In this document: piece by piece, positions 43,496-52,322 of the stretch
Layout of the letters: every line of letters starts with the position of its first letter
Position numbering within the stretch: position 1 is the first letter of the stretch
Virus record (IMG/VR): IMGVR_UViG_3300036832_000548
Coordinates: 1-64,000 of that record
Length of the DNA stretch: 64,000 nucleotides
Source of the DNA: a virus
Strand: one strand, 5' to 3'
The notes under the pieces: generated by a model
What the model saw: only the letters and a program-made list of their open reading frames with translations
What the model was told of the DNA's origin: nothing
The model's database searches: none
Translations under genes and position numbers: made by a program

Positions 43496-44283
43496 GACTG
43501 CTCATCATCTTCGCAGCTCTGCTGCTTGGCCTCGATAGGGCGCAGGCGCAGTGCTCAGGCCAACCTAGCGCCAATCAATTCTGTGCTGGCCCGAGCTCAG
43601 GCGGCTCCGGTTTGCCAGGCTGGCGTGCGATGGTTGGCGCGGATCTGCCGACACCGATCAGCGCGCCGATCCAAGTGAACACGACAGTGATCACCGGCGG
43701 CACGTCGGGCCGCACTCCGTACAACAATGCGGGGGTATATGGCGAATTCGTCATGGGCGGCGATTGTAGCCTCGCTGTGCCTAGCATTACTTGCACCAAG
43801 ACGGGCGGCGCGGCATTCGTCGCATCAGCAACGACTGACGCGACCAACGCCAGCAACATCGGCACCGGCACGCTCGCCACGGCGCGGCTCAACACGGCGG
43901 CAGCTGCGGATTTCGAGGCTGGCACTGCCGGTAAGGTTCTAGTCGCAGATCAGGTGTTTACTACCGAAGCAACGGTCGTGGCAGCGGCGACCACAACTCT
44001 CAACTTTAGCAACTTCATCAACGTCCAAGTCACGATGGGTGCGTCGATCACGACGCTGAATTTTTCAAACGTCAAAGCCGGTCAGGCTGGACTGATACGA
44101 TTCGTGCAAGGAGCATCGGGCGGCCCATACACAATCCCGGCGACGATAAATTCAACATTAAAATGCGCGGGAGCGTGTAACTATACGCTATCAACGGCAG
44201 CGAGCGCAGTCGATATCATTGGCTACACTTGTCTCTCGGCCACGTATTGTGTTGGTGGCGCATTGCTTAAGGACGTGAAATGA
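43480..44283 (+). CDS. Signal-peptide-bearing, Cys-rich fibre-like protein
   Basis: MVTAIRLLIIFAALLLGLDRAQA-Q; C-terminal LNFSN..AGQAG.I..VQ..LSTAASAVDII module. Confidence 0.65.
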   Translation: MVTAIRLLIIFAALLLGLDRAQAQCSGQPSANQFCAGPSSGGSGLPGWRAMVGADLPTPISAPIQVNTTVITGGTSGRTPYNNAGVYGEFVMGGDCSLAVPSITCTKTGGAAFVASATTDATNASNIGTGTLATARLNTAAAADFEAGTAGKVLVADQVFTTEATVVAAATTTLNFSNFINVQVTMGASITTLNFSNVKAGQAGLIRFVQGASGGPYTIPATINSTLKCAGACNYTLSTAASAVDIIGYTCLSATYCVGGALLKDVK

Positions 44284-47243
44284 AAATGCGCTGGCGTTGG
44301 CTGCAAAATGTAGTGAGCGTCGCGGCGCTCTGCGGATTGTTTTCGCAGGGCGCGTTCGCGCAACTACCGGGGACGTTTCAGCCGCTCACTGCGGTGGCCG
44401 CTGGTGGTGGTGTCCAAGATTGTATTGGTGGGACTATCACCTATAACGCCGGACAAACGATACACACGTTCACGAATGCTGGAAGCAATGATTTCGCATG
44501 TGCGTCCGCGCGAACCGTAAACTATTTGGTCGTTGCGGGCGGCGGTGCCAGTGGCGGTGCACAAAATGCAGGCGGTGGCGGTGCTGGAGGGATGCTGACT
44601 GGCACTGGCACAATTCCTATTGGAACAAGTCAGGTCGTGGTTGGGGCAGGCGGCATCGCTGCCGTAGGGTTAACGAAAGGATCGAGCGGCGGCAATTCGC
44701 TGATACTAACACCGGGCGGTGCTGGATCGTGGTTTGGCATAATGCCAAGTCTATCACTTTCTAGCTTCGGGTCAGGGAGTGCCGGGTTCGAATATCGCAG
44801 CCGCATCAATACGGCGGCATATGTAGGGGCACCTGTGCTAGGATCGCAACTGCGGATAACAATCGGTCAAGGTGCTAGTAGCCGCGCACTATTCAATGCG
44901 ATGTATTGCGGTCATGCGGCAGCGGCAAGCCCCAACTTAAATTACGATGGCAATCAGGTTCAGATCAAATGGGCAGGTGCCGCAAGCCCATCTGGCGGCG
45001 TCCCAACCGGCTCGATTGTTTCCGATCCAGTCACCTTCGCGTTTTCCGGCAGCAAGGATTTAATCTGTGCAACAAATTGGAATGACAATTCTATTACTGG
45101 AAATGAAACGGCTGGCACTAATATCGTTGGTACTAATTGCTCAGGTGCGAATGCTGGCAACACGACATCGCCCTGCGCAACTGGTACTGCTCAGTACTGG
45201 CTGGTTCCGATTTTGCAGATCGAGGCCTTCGCCGCTGGCACGATTCTCGCGCAATCCACGGGTGGTGGAGGCGGCGGCGTCAACTCAGGAGGCTTGCAAG
45301 TTGGTCTCAACGGTGGGTCAGGTGGTGGTGGTAGTGGTGCCGCAACGGCGGCAGGGACTGGGATAGCTGGACAGGGTCACAACGGTGCATTTGCTGGCAG
45401 TGGTGTTAATTCTGGCAGCGGTGGTGGCGGGGCTGGTGCCGTTGGTGTTGTGGCTGTCGATCCTAACGGCGGCAACGGCGGCGCTGGTCTCTCGTCATCA
45501 ATAACTGGCACATCGGTTTGCTACGCGGGCGGCGGTGCCGGCGGGCCGTGGACCGGTGTTGCGGGAACGGCCACTTGCGGCGGCGGCAACGGCGGAAGCT
45601 ATTCGCCCTCGACCGCTTGCACGGTAGGAACACCAAACACTGGCGGCGGGGGCGGCGGCGGTAATGGCACCGGCGGCTCGTGCACTGGTGGAAGCGGCAT
45701 CGTTGTCATCAGCTATCCGTCGTCTGGCGTGCCGTACGTGAATTGCATAGGCGGCACGATCACGACTTCCGGCGCGAACACTGTCCATACGTTCGCAACA
45801 GCCGGCACCTTCAGTATTAGCTGCGGAACGGGCAAGACAATTAACTATTTGATTGTTGCTGGCGGCGGTGCTGGTGGTGCTAATTCTGGCAGTGCAAGTG
45901 CTTCACCTGGCGCTGGTGGAGCAGGCGGATTTTTAACTGCTTCAGGCACATTCCTACCGGCTGGGGCGTCGTCTGTTGTTGTTGGAGCTGGGTCACCTGC
46001 GCCTACAGCTTATAATGTTGCGCCTTGCAATACGACTGGCACAGCAGGTAATTCATCAATTGGACCTATCGCAACCGCCATCGGCGGGGGCAACCCCGGT
46101 TGTAATCAATTTGCTGGTTCCAATGGTGGCTCGGGCGGCGGCAGTTCCTATGGTTACACCGTCGGGCTAGGTACTAGCGGACAAGGCAACAATGGCGGAA
46201 AAGGCTTTGTGGCAGCACCTGGGGGCGGCGGCGGTGGTGGTGGTTGCGGCGCTATAGGCGTGGATGCTCTCACTGGCACTGTTGCCGGCAATGGTGGGAC
46301 TGGTTGCACCAGTTCGATCACTGGAACATCGGTTTGCTATTCCGGTGGCGGCGGCGGCGGCATTACGGGAGTTGGAACGCCGGGAACTGCAACGTGCGGC
46401 GGCGGCAATGCCGGGGCCTCGGGTGGCGTCAACGTCGGAACTGCTGGGGTTAATGGAACTGGAGGCGGTGGCGGTGCCAGCAGTACAAATGCTGCAGCTC
46501 TTGGCGGATCAAAAGGTGGGGATGGAATTGTTGTCATCTCGTATGTCACAGGCTCCACGACGCCGCCACCACCTGTTCCTAATCTGACGCTTTTCGCTAA
46601 TCCGGGGAAGAGTACTCAAACCACCACAGTCATTACAGCAACCACGACTGCGCCGATAGTTGCTGGCAACTTGGCCATCGTCGCATTTGGGAATGCGAGC
46701 AACAACGGCGCCGCAACAGTGTCAGTGTCGGATGGCACCAACAGTTACACAAAAGCAAAGAACCAAGGCACAGCGACGACAAATTATGCCGAGGTCTGGT
46801 ACAAAGCCAATGCCGCTGCCGTGCCGAGTGGATCAACGATTTCTGTCACATACGCCAGTGCTCCCGGTGGAGCACCCTATGAGCGCCAAGTCATCATCGG
46901 TGCGCAGTCGCTAAATGTCATTACGACTTCGCCGCTGGATCAGACGGCGGGTGCGAACGGGACTGGCAGCACAGTGTCAGTGTCTATACCGGCACTCGCG
47001 CAGGCATCCGAGGTGATTGTTTGTATGTGGTGGGTAAATCAACCGGGCAGTCCTAGTTCATTGACTGCCTCTGGACCTGGCTTTACCAATGTAGCGACCG
47101 GATTTGATGCCACCAACTATCCAGATGGCTGGTCGCTCGACCAGAAGGTCACACAGAGCACTGCTGCGGTGACCTACAATCCAACTTGGAGCTCTGGTAA
47201 CTCGGGCGCGCCGGCAGCGTGCGCCACGTTCAAGGGCATCTGA
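44280..47243 (+). CDS. Large signal-peptide-bearing glycine-rich protein (two Gly-rich domains)
   Basis: MKMRWRW..AALCGLFSQGAFA-Q; CIGGTIT..HTF..NYL.VAGG..G.GIVVISY module present twice. Confidence 0.75.
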   Translation: MKMRWRWLQNVVSVAALCGLFSQGAFAQLPGTFQPLTAVAAGGGVQDCIGGTITYNAGQTIHTFTNAGSNDFACASARTVNYLVVAGGGASGGAQNAGGGGAGGMLTGTGTIPIGTSQVVVGAGGIAAVGLTKGSSGGNSLILTPGGAGSWFGIMPSLSLSSFGSGSAGFEYRSRINTAAYVGAPVLGSQLRITIGQGASSRALFNAMYCGHAAAASPNLNYDGNQVQIKWAGAASPSGGVPTGSIVSDPVTFAFSGSKDLICATNWNDNSITGNETAGTNIVGTNCSGANAGNTTSPCATGTAQYWLVPILQIEAFAAGTILAQSTGGGGGGVNSGGLQVGLNGGSGGGGSGAATAAGTGIAGQGHNGAFAGSGVNSGSGGGGAGAVGVVAVDPNGGNGGAGLSSSITGTSVCYAGGGAGGPWTGVAGTATCGGGNGGSYSPSTACTVGTPNTGGGGGGGNGTGGSCTGGSGIVVISYPSSGVPYVNCIGGTITTSGANTVHTFATAGTFSISCGTGKTINYLIVAGGGAGGANSGSASASPGAGGAGGFLTASGTFLPAGASSVVVGAGSPAPTAYNVAPCNTTGTAGNSSIGPIATAIGGGNPGCNQFAGSNGGSGGGSSYGYTVGLGTSGQGNNGGKGFVAAPGGGGGGGGCGAIGVDALTGTVAGNGGTGCTSSITGTSVCYSGGGGGGITGVGTPGTATCGGGNAGASGGVNVGTAGVNGTGGGGGASSTNAAALGGSKGGDGIVVISYVTGSTTPPPPVPNLTLFANPGKSTQTTTVITATTTAPIVAGNLAIVAFGNASNNGAATVSVSDGTNSYTKAKNQGTATTNYAEVWYKANAAAVPSGSTISVTYASAPGGAPYERQVIIGAQSLNVITTSPLDQTAGANGTGSTVSVSIPALAQASEVIVCMWWVNQPGSPSSLTASGPGFTNVATGFDATNYPDGWSLDQKVTQSTAAVTYNPTWSSGNSGAPAACATFKGI

Positions 47244-47258
47244 GAATTCCATTGATGG

Positions 47259-47627
47259 ATGACGATGAGCACTTCCTTCCGCGAGGACTGGAAGGTCGGC
47301 AGCGCATTGCTCGCCGCGTTGTTGGCGCTTGGCATCATTGGCGCGGTCATCGTTTATTTAATGACTCCTGCGCCAGCACAACAAGTGTCACCGCCGTCAG
47401 CAGATTTGTATGCCGACATTCCGTTCGATCCAAAGCTGTTGCAAATCGACAAGACGGCGCTGACTGAGGCATACCACGATCAGCTCAAGCATCTATTTGA
47501 CATCTGGCTCCGGGGACAGGCGCAGAGCACCAAGGAAATCACCACGGGGCTAAAGATCGCGCGGCGCGCATACGGCATTGCCGCTGGGCAGATTGCCAAG
47601 CGCGAAGCAGAGGCCGGACTGAAATGA
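47259..47627 (+). CDS. Membrane-anchored/exported hypothetical protein
   Basis: N-terminal TM helix then APA-QQ; helical C-terminus. Confidence 0.65.
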   Translation: MTMSTSFREDWKVGSALLAALLALGIIGAVIVYLMTPAPAQQVSPPSADLYADIPFDPKLLQIDKTALTEAYHDQLKHLFDIWLRGQAQSTKEITTGLKIARRAYGIAAGQIAKREAEAGLK

Positions 47628-47664
47628 GCATCGAGGGCGCATATGCCAAGGCAGAAGGAGAACG

Positions 47665-48045
47665 ATGATGGCTGTGAACTATTCCAATTCGATCAAAGAC
47701 CAAAGGATGACGGCAGCATTGAACGGCATCGACAACAATGCCGCGCCAGCCTACATCGAGATCTGCACGGCTGCGTTTGCCGCGGTGCTGGTGACGATCA
47801 CGCTGGCCAAGCCAAGCTTCACTGAAGCCGCGCAAACGCTCACGATGGCGGGCGCGCCAAAGTCAGGCGTTGCTGGCGGGAACGGCACTGCTGCGGTCGC
47901 CCGTATCAAGGACGGCGGCGGCACGGTGCAGGTCAACAATCTGTCTGTTGGCACGTCAGGCTCTGACATCAATCTCAATAGCGTGGCTATAAGTTCTGGT
48001 CAGACCGTTACGCTTTCTTCGGGGACTGTGACCCACGCGCCGTGA
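47665..48045 (+). CDS. Small all-beta putative virion fibre/decoration subunit
   Basis: GTAAVARIKDGGG..SVGTSGSDINLNSVAISSGQTVTLSS; AAGGAG SD. Confidence 0.6.
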   Translation: MMAVNYSNSIKDQRMTAALNGIDNNAAPAYIEICTAAFAAVLVTITLAKPSFTEAAQTLTMAGAPKSGVAGGNGTAAVARIKDGGGTVQVNNLSVGTSGSDINLNSVAISSGQTVTLSSGTVTHAP

Positions 48046-48057
48046 TAGAGTTACCGA

Positions 48058-48759
48058 ATGGGCGAAACAAAAATAGAGCGTCACCGTCGTCAATGCCGCG
48101 AAGCTACACGCCGATGGCGCGCACGGCACAAAGCGGGCATGCCAAAGCGCATCATGCAGGCTGCACCGGAGGGAATCGCACTGTATCCGATCCCCGGTTA
48201 CAGCAATTACATGATTGATGATGATGGCATCTTATATTCGCGGTTACCATTTCACGCGCCGCGAATAGAAGATGGCAACTTTGTCCCGTGGCGCGTTGTC
48301 CCGCTGAATAGATCGTTAAGAAAAGGGGCGAATGGTCACAACTATTTCACGGTGAGAATACGCGCCGATGCTGAGAAAAAACGAAAGCGCGTCTTAGTGC
48401 ATCGGCTGGCAGCACTGGCATTCCTTGGTCCGCGTCCGACCGGAATGTTTGTTGCGCATGAACAACTAGGATTTGAAAATAATTCGCGTGCTAATCTGTC
48501 CTACAAAACGCCTAAACAAAACAAAGCAGATGAGCTTAGAGACGGCACGCGCTATCAGGGCGAAGAGCATCATGAAGTGCGGATACATAATGCCATCTGG
48601 CCGGAGCTAGTGGTTCGATGGAATGCGGGCATAGAACGTAAATCGGATATTTGTCGCGAGTACAAGATCAGCCATCAGGCCGTGAGGCGTCGATTGGCGC
48701 GTGAAAATCCATACAGCAGGCCGGACTTCGCGGGTGCATTTGAAGGATTAGTAACATGA
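48058..48759 (+). CDS. NUMOD4-like/HNH homing endonuclease
   Basis: IPGYSNYMI...G, VHRLAALAFLG, AH..NNSRANLSY.T.KQN. Confidence 0.8.
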   Translation: MGETKIERHRRQCREATRRWRARHKAGMPKRIMQAAPEGIALYPIPGYSNYMIDDDGILYSRLPFHAPRIEDGNFVPWRVVPLNRSLRKGANGHNYFTVRIRADAEKKRKRVLVHRLAALAFLGPRPTGMFVAHEQLGFENNSRANLSYKTPKQNKADELRDGTRYQGEEHHEVRIHNAIWPELVVRWNAGIERKSDICREYKISHQAVRRRLARENPYSRPDFAGAFEGLVT

Positions 48760-48923
48760 CGTTCGAACAAGAACTCAAGGCAGCAATCGACCAACATCGC
48801 GGCGAAGGCTTCGAAAAGCTGCGGGCCGTAGTCGATGCGATCTTCGCCAAGCATGGTCGCGAGATCCCGCAACCGATCACCGGCACCATTGAGACAGTTG
48901 ACCCTGGCGATAGGCTGCAATGA
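48756..48923 (+). CDS. Small hypothetical protein (55 aa)
   Basis: Hand-translated MTFEQELKAAIDQHRGEG..ITGTIETVDPGDRLQ; ATGA overlaps on both ends. Confidence 0.6.
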   Translation: MTFEQELKAAIDQHRGEGFEKLRAVVDAIFAKHGREIPQPITGTIETVDPGDRLQ

Positions 48924-49327
48924 CTCAGCAAACGATCGGCATTGGTTCCGCGCCCAACGACGGCACCGGCGATCCGGTTAGAACTGCGTTCGACAAGTGC
49001 AATAAAAATTTCACTGAGCTCTATCAGACCCAGCGGCGCGTCACGTCCTCGCCCATCACGATTACATCGACTGATGCGATCATAAATTGCAACATCAGCA
49101 GCGGCTCGCCTACTTGTACCTTGCCGCCATCCGCCTCGCGCGGAGGCCTGCCGCTCATCTTCAAGGATGTCGGGGGTCATTTCGCCGCTAACAACCTGAC
49201 CATCACTGCGGCAGCTAGCGAATTTATCGACGGGCTGACCACCATCGTACTCAGCACGAATTACCAGAGGCTGAAGCTGCTTCCAGTCAATGACGGCGTT
49301 GGAGTGGGGTGGATCATTGACCAATGA
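48920..49327 (+). CDS. Virion protein with T4 gp9/gp10-like N-terminal motif
   Basis: IGSAPNDGTGDPVRTAFDKCNKNFTELY; C-terminal domain closely similar to the C-terminus of 42095..43495. Confidence 0.65.
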   Translation: MTQQTIGIGSAPNDGTGDPVRTAFDKCNKNFTELYQTQRRVTSSPITITSTDAIINCNISSGSPTCTLPPSASRGGLPLIFKDVGGHFAANNLTITAAASEFIDGLTTIVLSTNYQRLKLLPVNDGVGVGWIIDQ

Positions 49328-52110
49328 CATTCCCAACTGCCGATCTCACAACGATCACGGCAGACAGAACTGATTTCACTGCCGACGCTTCCGTTACGCT
49401 AACTGCCGACACGACGAAATTCACGGCGGATAGCACCAGCATATCCGCCGATATGATCATGCTGCCGGGTGCCGTGGGCACACTGGCGGCGACGGAAGCG
49501 GCAGACGGCGCGACATTTGCTGGTGCGGTTGCGTGGCCGGTCATCACCGGCACGTTGGTCGCAACCGACGTTGCTGATGGCGCAGCATTCAGCGCAACGT
49601 CAGTCACGCTCGGGGCATTGGCGGCGACTGAGAGCAGCGACACTGCGGCATTTTCCGGTGCGGCGGCTACTCTTGGATCGCTAGCGGCGACAGACGCTAG
49701 TGACGCCACGACGTTCGCCGGTCAAGTCGCTTGGCTCGGAACAATCGCCGCGACGGAAGGCGCGGATACCAGCACATTCTCTGGCATCATCGGATTGCTC
49801 GGCTCGCTGGCGGCTGAAGAGATCGATGATGCGGCAAGTTTCACCGGCTCTGCAGTTACGTTTGGATCGTTCGCTGCGAACGAGGCTATCGATACCGCAG
49901 CGTTTGCTGGCACTGCCGTCACGCTCGGCAGCTTTGCGCTCACTGAAGATGTCGACACGGCGGATTTCGCGGGCGGTCTCGTTGGCCTCTCGACGCTGAC
50001 GGCACAGGAAGGCCCGGATAGTGCTGCGGTCAGCGGCCAGGTCGAATGGTTCGTAACTCTAACGGCGACGGAAGGCGCGGATAGCGGTTCGTTTGCGGGT
50101 CTGACCGGTCTGCTTGGTTCGCTCGCGGCGACTGACGATCTCGATACGGCGGCAATCGACGGCGCGGTTGATTGGCAGCTCGAACTCGCGGCTGTTGAGG
50201 GCTCTGACGCTGCAGCGTTCAGCGGGCAGAGCGAATGGATCGCCACCCTAGCCGCGACTGAAGGCGCGGACGTTGCGGCCTTTGTCGTATCGTCAGCGTT
50301 CAGCGGCATCCTCGCCGCGACTGATGATCTCGACACCGCAGTGTTCAGCGGACTTGCTGGTGCGATCGGCCAGGTCGCGGCGGTCGAGGCGGGCGACAGC
50401 GCGTCGTTCAGCGGCCAAGTCGAAACCGTTGTGGCGCTGGCCGCGACGGAGGACGCAGATGCAGCCGCGTTCGCTGGCGAGCTGGTCTGGGCCGGGACGC
50501 TGGCAGCGGTTGAAGCCAGCGATATCGTGGCCTTCGCTGGCGGGATCTCAACGGCCGGCGCGTTGGCGGCGACTGAGGACATCGATACCGCAGCGTTCTC
50601 CGGTTCTGGCTATCTGATCTATGCCAGCCTCGCCGCCACAGACGCGGTCGATGCTGCGGCATTCAGCGGACTGGCTGGTGTGCTGGGATCGCTGACGGCG
50701 CTCGAGGGCGCTGATCAGGCGACGTTCGCGGTCACAGCCACATGGCTTGGCACGCTGGCCGCGACTGAGCGCGCTGACGACGCCTATTTCCCCGGCGAGT
50801 CGATTACGTTTGGCACGGTCGCCGCGACTGACGGGCAAGACGCGCCGTCCTTCAGCGGCACGGTCGCATGGCAAGGTGCCCTTGCTGCGGCAGAGATTGG
50901 CGACCGTGCGGGATTTGCCGGTCAAGCGGCCTTTCTAGCCACGCTGGCTGCAATCGAGCTGCCAGACGCCGCCAGCCTCACGGGCGCGGTAGCGTGGCTG
51001 GGCACGCTGGCCGCTCAGGAGGCGGCGACCGATACAGCCTCGATCCAGGGGCTTGTAAGCGCCTACGGTGCGCTAGCTGCCAACGAGGCAGGCGACAGGG
51101 CCAGCCTAACCGCCAGCGTGCAGACCCTCGGGTCTCTGGCAGCAACGGAACTCCGTGACACCGCTGCGTTCAGTTCGCAGGTCGGGGTCAGCGGAACCCT
51201 AGCGGCGAATGAGACCGCCAGCGACACTGCCAGTTTCGGGCTGTCTGCCCAAACGCTCGGTGTCATAAGCGCGATTGAAGCAGCCGGTGATGCCGCCGCG
51301 TTCAGCGGGGAGGCTGGTCGCGTCGGCACGCTGGCCGCGACTGAGACGACGGTCGATGCCGCGCAGTTTCAGGGTCAAGTCGTTTGGGTCGCCACGCTGG
51401 CGGCGGTCGATGGTCCCGACAGCGCGCAGCTTGCGGGGCGCGTTACCTGGTTCGCCACTCTGGCGGCGAACGAAGGTCCTGACGCCGCCAGCTTCAGTGT
51501 CACCCTCGGATGGCTGGGTGCGCTCGCCGCGCATGAGGCGCCTGACAGCGCCAGCATCACGGCTGTTGCCCAGACGTTTGCAACGCTCGAGGCGGTCGAG
51601 CGTCCAGACAGCGCGGCGATATACGGCATAGCCGGCATAGTCGGTTCGCTCAATGCGCACGAAGCGCCCGACACATTTCAGGCCAGCGCGGTGGCCGGCG
51701 CGATCGGCGCGCTCGCCGCGCTCGAGGCACCGGATCGCGCGAGCTTCACGTCAGCTGACGTTCAGACGGTTCAGTTCGTTGCAAGGAAAATCCCGCTCGA
51801 TGTCACGGTCACCGTCAAGCCACGGATTGTCGCCGTCGTCAGGCAGGTCGACACGGCGTGGCAAACCAATGTCACAGCGTCAGGCTATAGCGATGCTGTT
51901 CAAAGCAAGCAAACGCGCATCACGGCGACCAATCGGCAGACTGAGTTTACTGGCCAGAGCACGCCGCTCGATAATGTTATTACGTTCAAACCAAGCGGCC
52001 TGAGTTCTACAAGCAAAAAGATCGGCGCAACTGCCGACATGAAGATCACTGCATCTGGCTATCAGGCGACGGCGCAAGGCAAGCGGACGGGGTGGAAAGG
52101 AAAGCCATGA
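49324..52110 (+). CDS. Long repeat protein (about 36 x 21-aa GxLAAxExxDxAxFxG units)
   Basis: Repeats counted by eye; N-terminal TADxTxx heptad repeats. Confidence 0.85.
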   Translation: MTFPTADLTTITADRTDFTADASVTLTADTTKFTADSTSISADMIMLPGAVGTLAATEAADGATFAGAVAWPVITGTLVATDVADGAAFSATSVTLGALAATESSDTAAFSGAAATLGSLAATDASDATTFAGQVAWLGTIAATEGADTSTFSGIIGLLGSLAAEEIDDAASFTGSAVTFGSFAANEAIDTAAFAGTAVTLGSFALTEDVDTADFAGGLVGLSTLTAQEGPDSAAVSGQVEWFVTLTATEGADSGSFAGLTGLLGSLAATDDLDTAAIDGAVDWQLELAAVEGSDAAAFSGQSEWIATLAATEGADVAAFVVSSAFSGILAATDDLDTAVFSGLAGAIGQVAAVEAGDSASFSGQVETVVALAATEDADAAAFAGELVWAGTLAAVEASDIVAFAGGISTAGALAATEDIDTAAFSGSGYLIYASLAATDAVDAAAFSGLAGVLGSLTALEGADQATFAVTATWLGTLAATERADDAYFPGESITFGTVAATDGQDAPSFSGTVAWQGALAAAEIGDRAGFAGQAAFLATLAAIELPDAASLTGAVAWLGTLAAQEAATDTASIQGLVSAYGALAANEAGDRASLTASVQTLGSLAATELRDTAAFSSQVGVSGTLAANETASDTASFGLSAQTLGVISAIEAAGDAAAFSGEAGRVGTLAATETTVDAAQFQGQVVWVATLAAVDGPDSAQLAGRVTWFATLAANEGPDAASFSVTLGWLGALAAHEAPDSASITAVAQTFATLEAVERPDSAAIYGIAGIVGSLNAHEAPDTFQASAVAGAIGALAALEAPDRASFTSADVQTVQFVARKIPLDVTVTVKPRIVAVVRQVDTAWQTNVTASGYSDAVQSKQTRITATNRQTEFTGQSTPLDNVITFKPSGLSSTSKKIGATADMKITASGYQATAQGKRTGWKGKP

Positions 52111-52322
52111 GCATCGAGGGCGCATTGCCGCCGCATCCGCCACCGCTCGAGCCCACGCCTTCGTATGCGATCAAGGAGCTGCTCACTGAGGCGAAAATCA
52201 GTGCGCTCAACGAAGGTCTCGCTGACCAGGGCGTCACGCCGGATCAGATCATTTCTATTCAGTACAGGCGTATGCATGGAAGCGCGCGTTACCACGTCTT
52301 CTACAAAGGAACACAGACATGA
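52107..52322 (+). CDS. Small hypothetical protein
   Basis: AGGA SD; ATGA overlaps on both ends. Confidence 0.6.
   Translation: MSIEGALPPHPPPLEPTPSYAIKELLTEAKISALNEGLADQGVTPDQIISIQYRRMHGSARYHVFYKGTQT

Larger units (their letters stand above)
47624..52125 (+). repeat. 19-bp direct repeat ATGAGCATCGAGGGCGCAT at 47624-47642 and 52107-52125
   Basis: Exact match read at both positions. Confidence 0.85.

Noticed and set aside
49470-51760. CRISPR-like periodicity (about 63 nt)
   Set aside because: Degenerate, in-frame protein-coding repeats with no constant repeat and unique spacers
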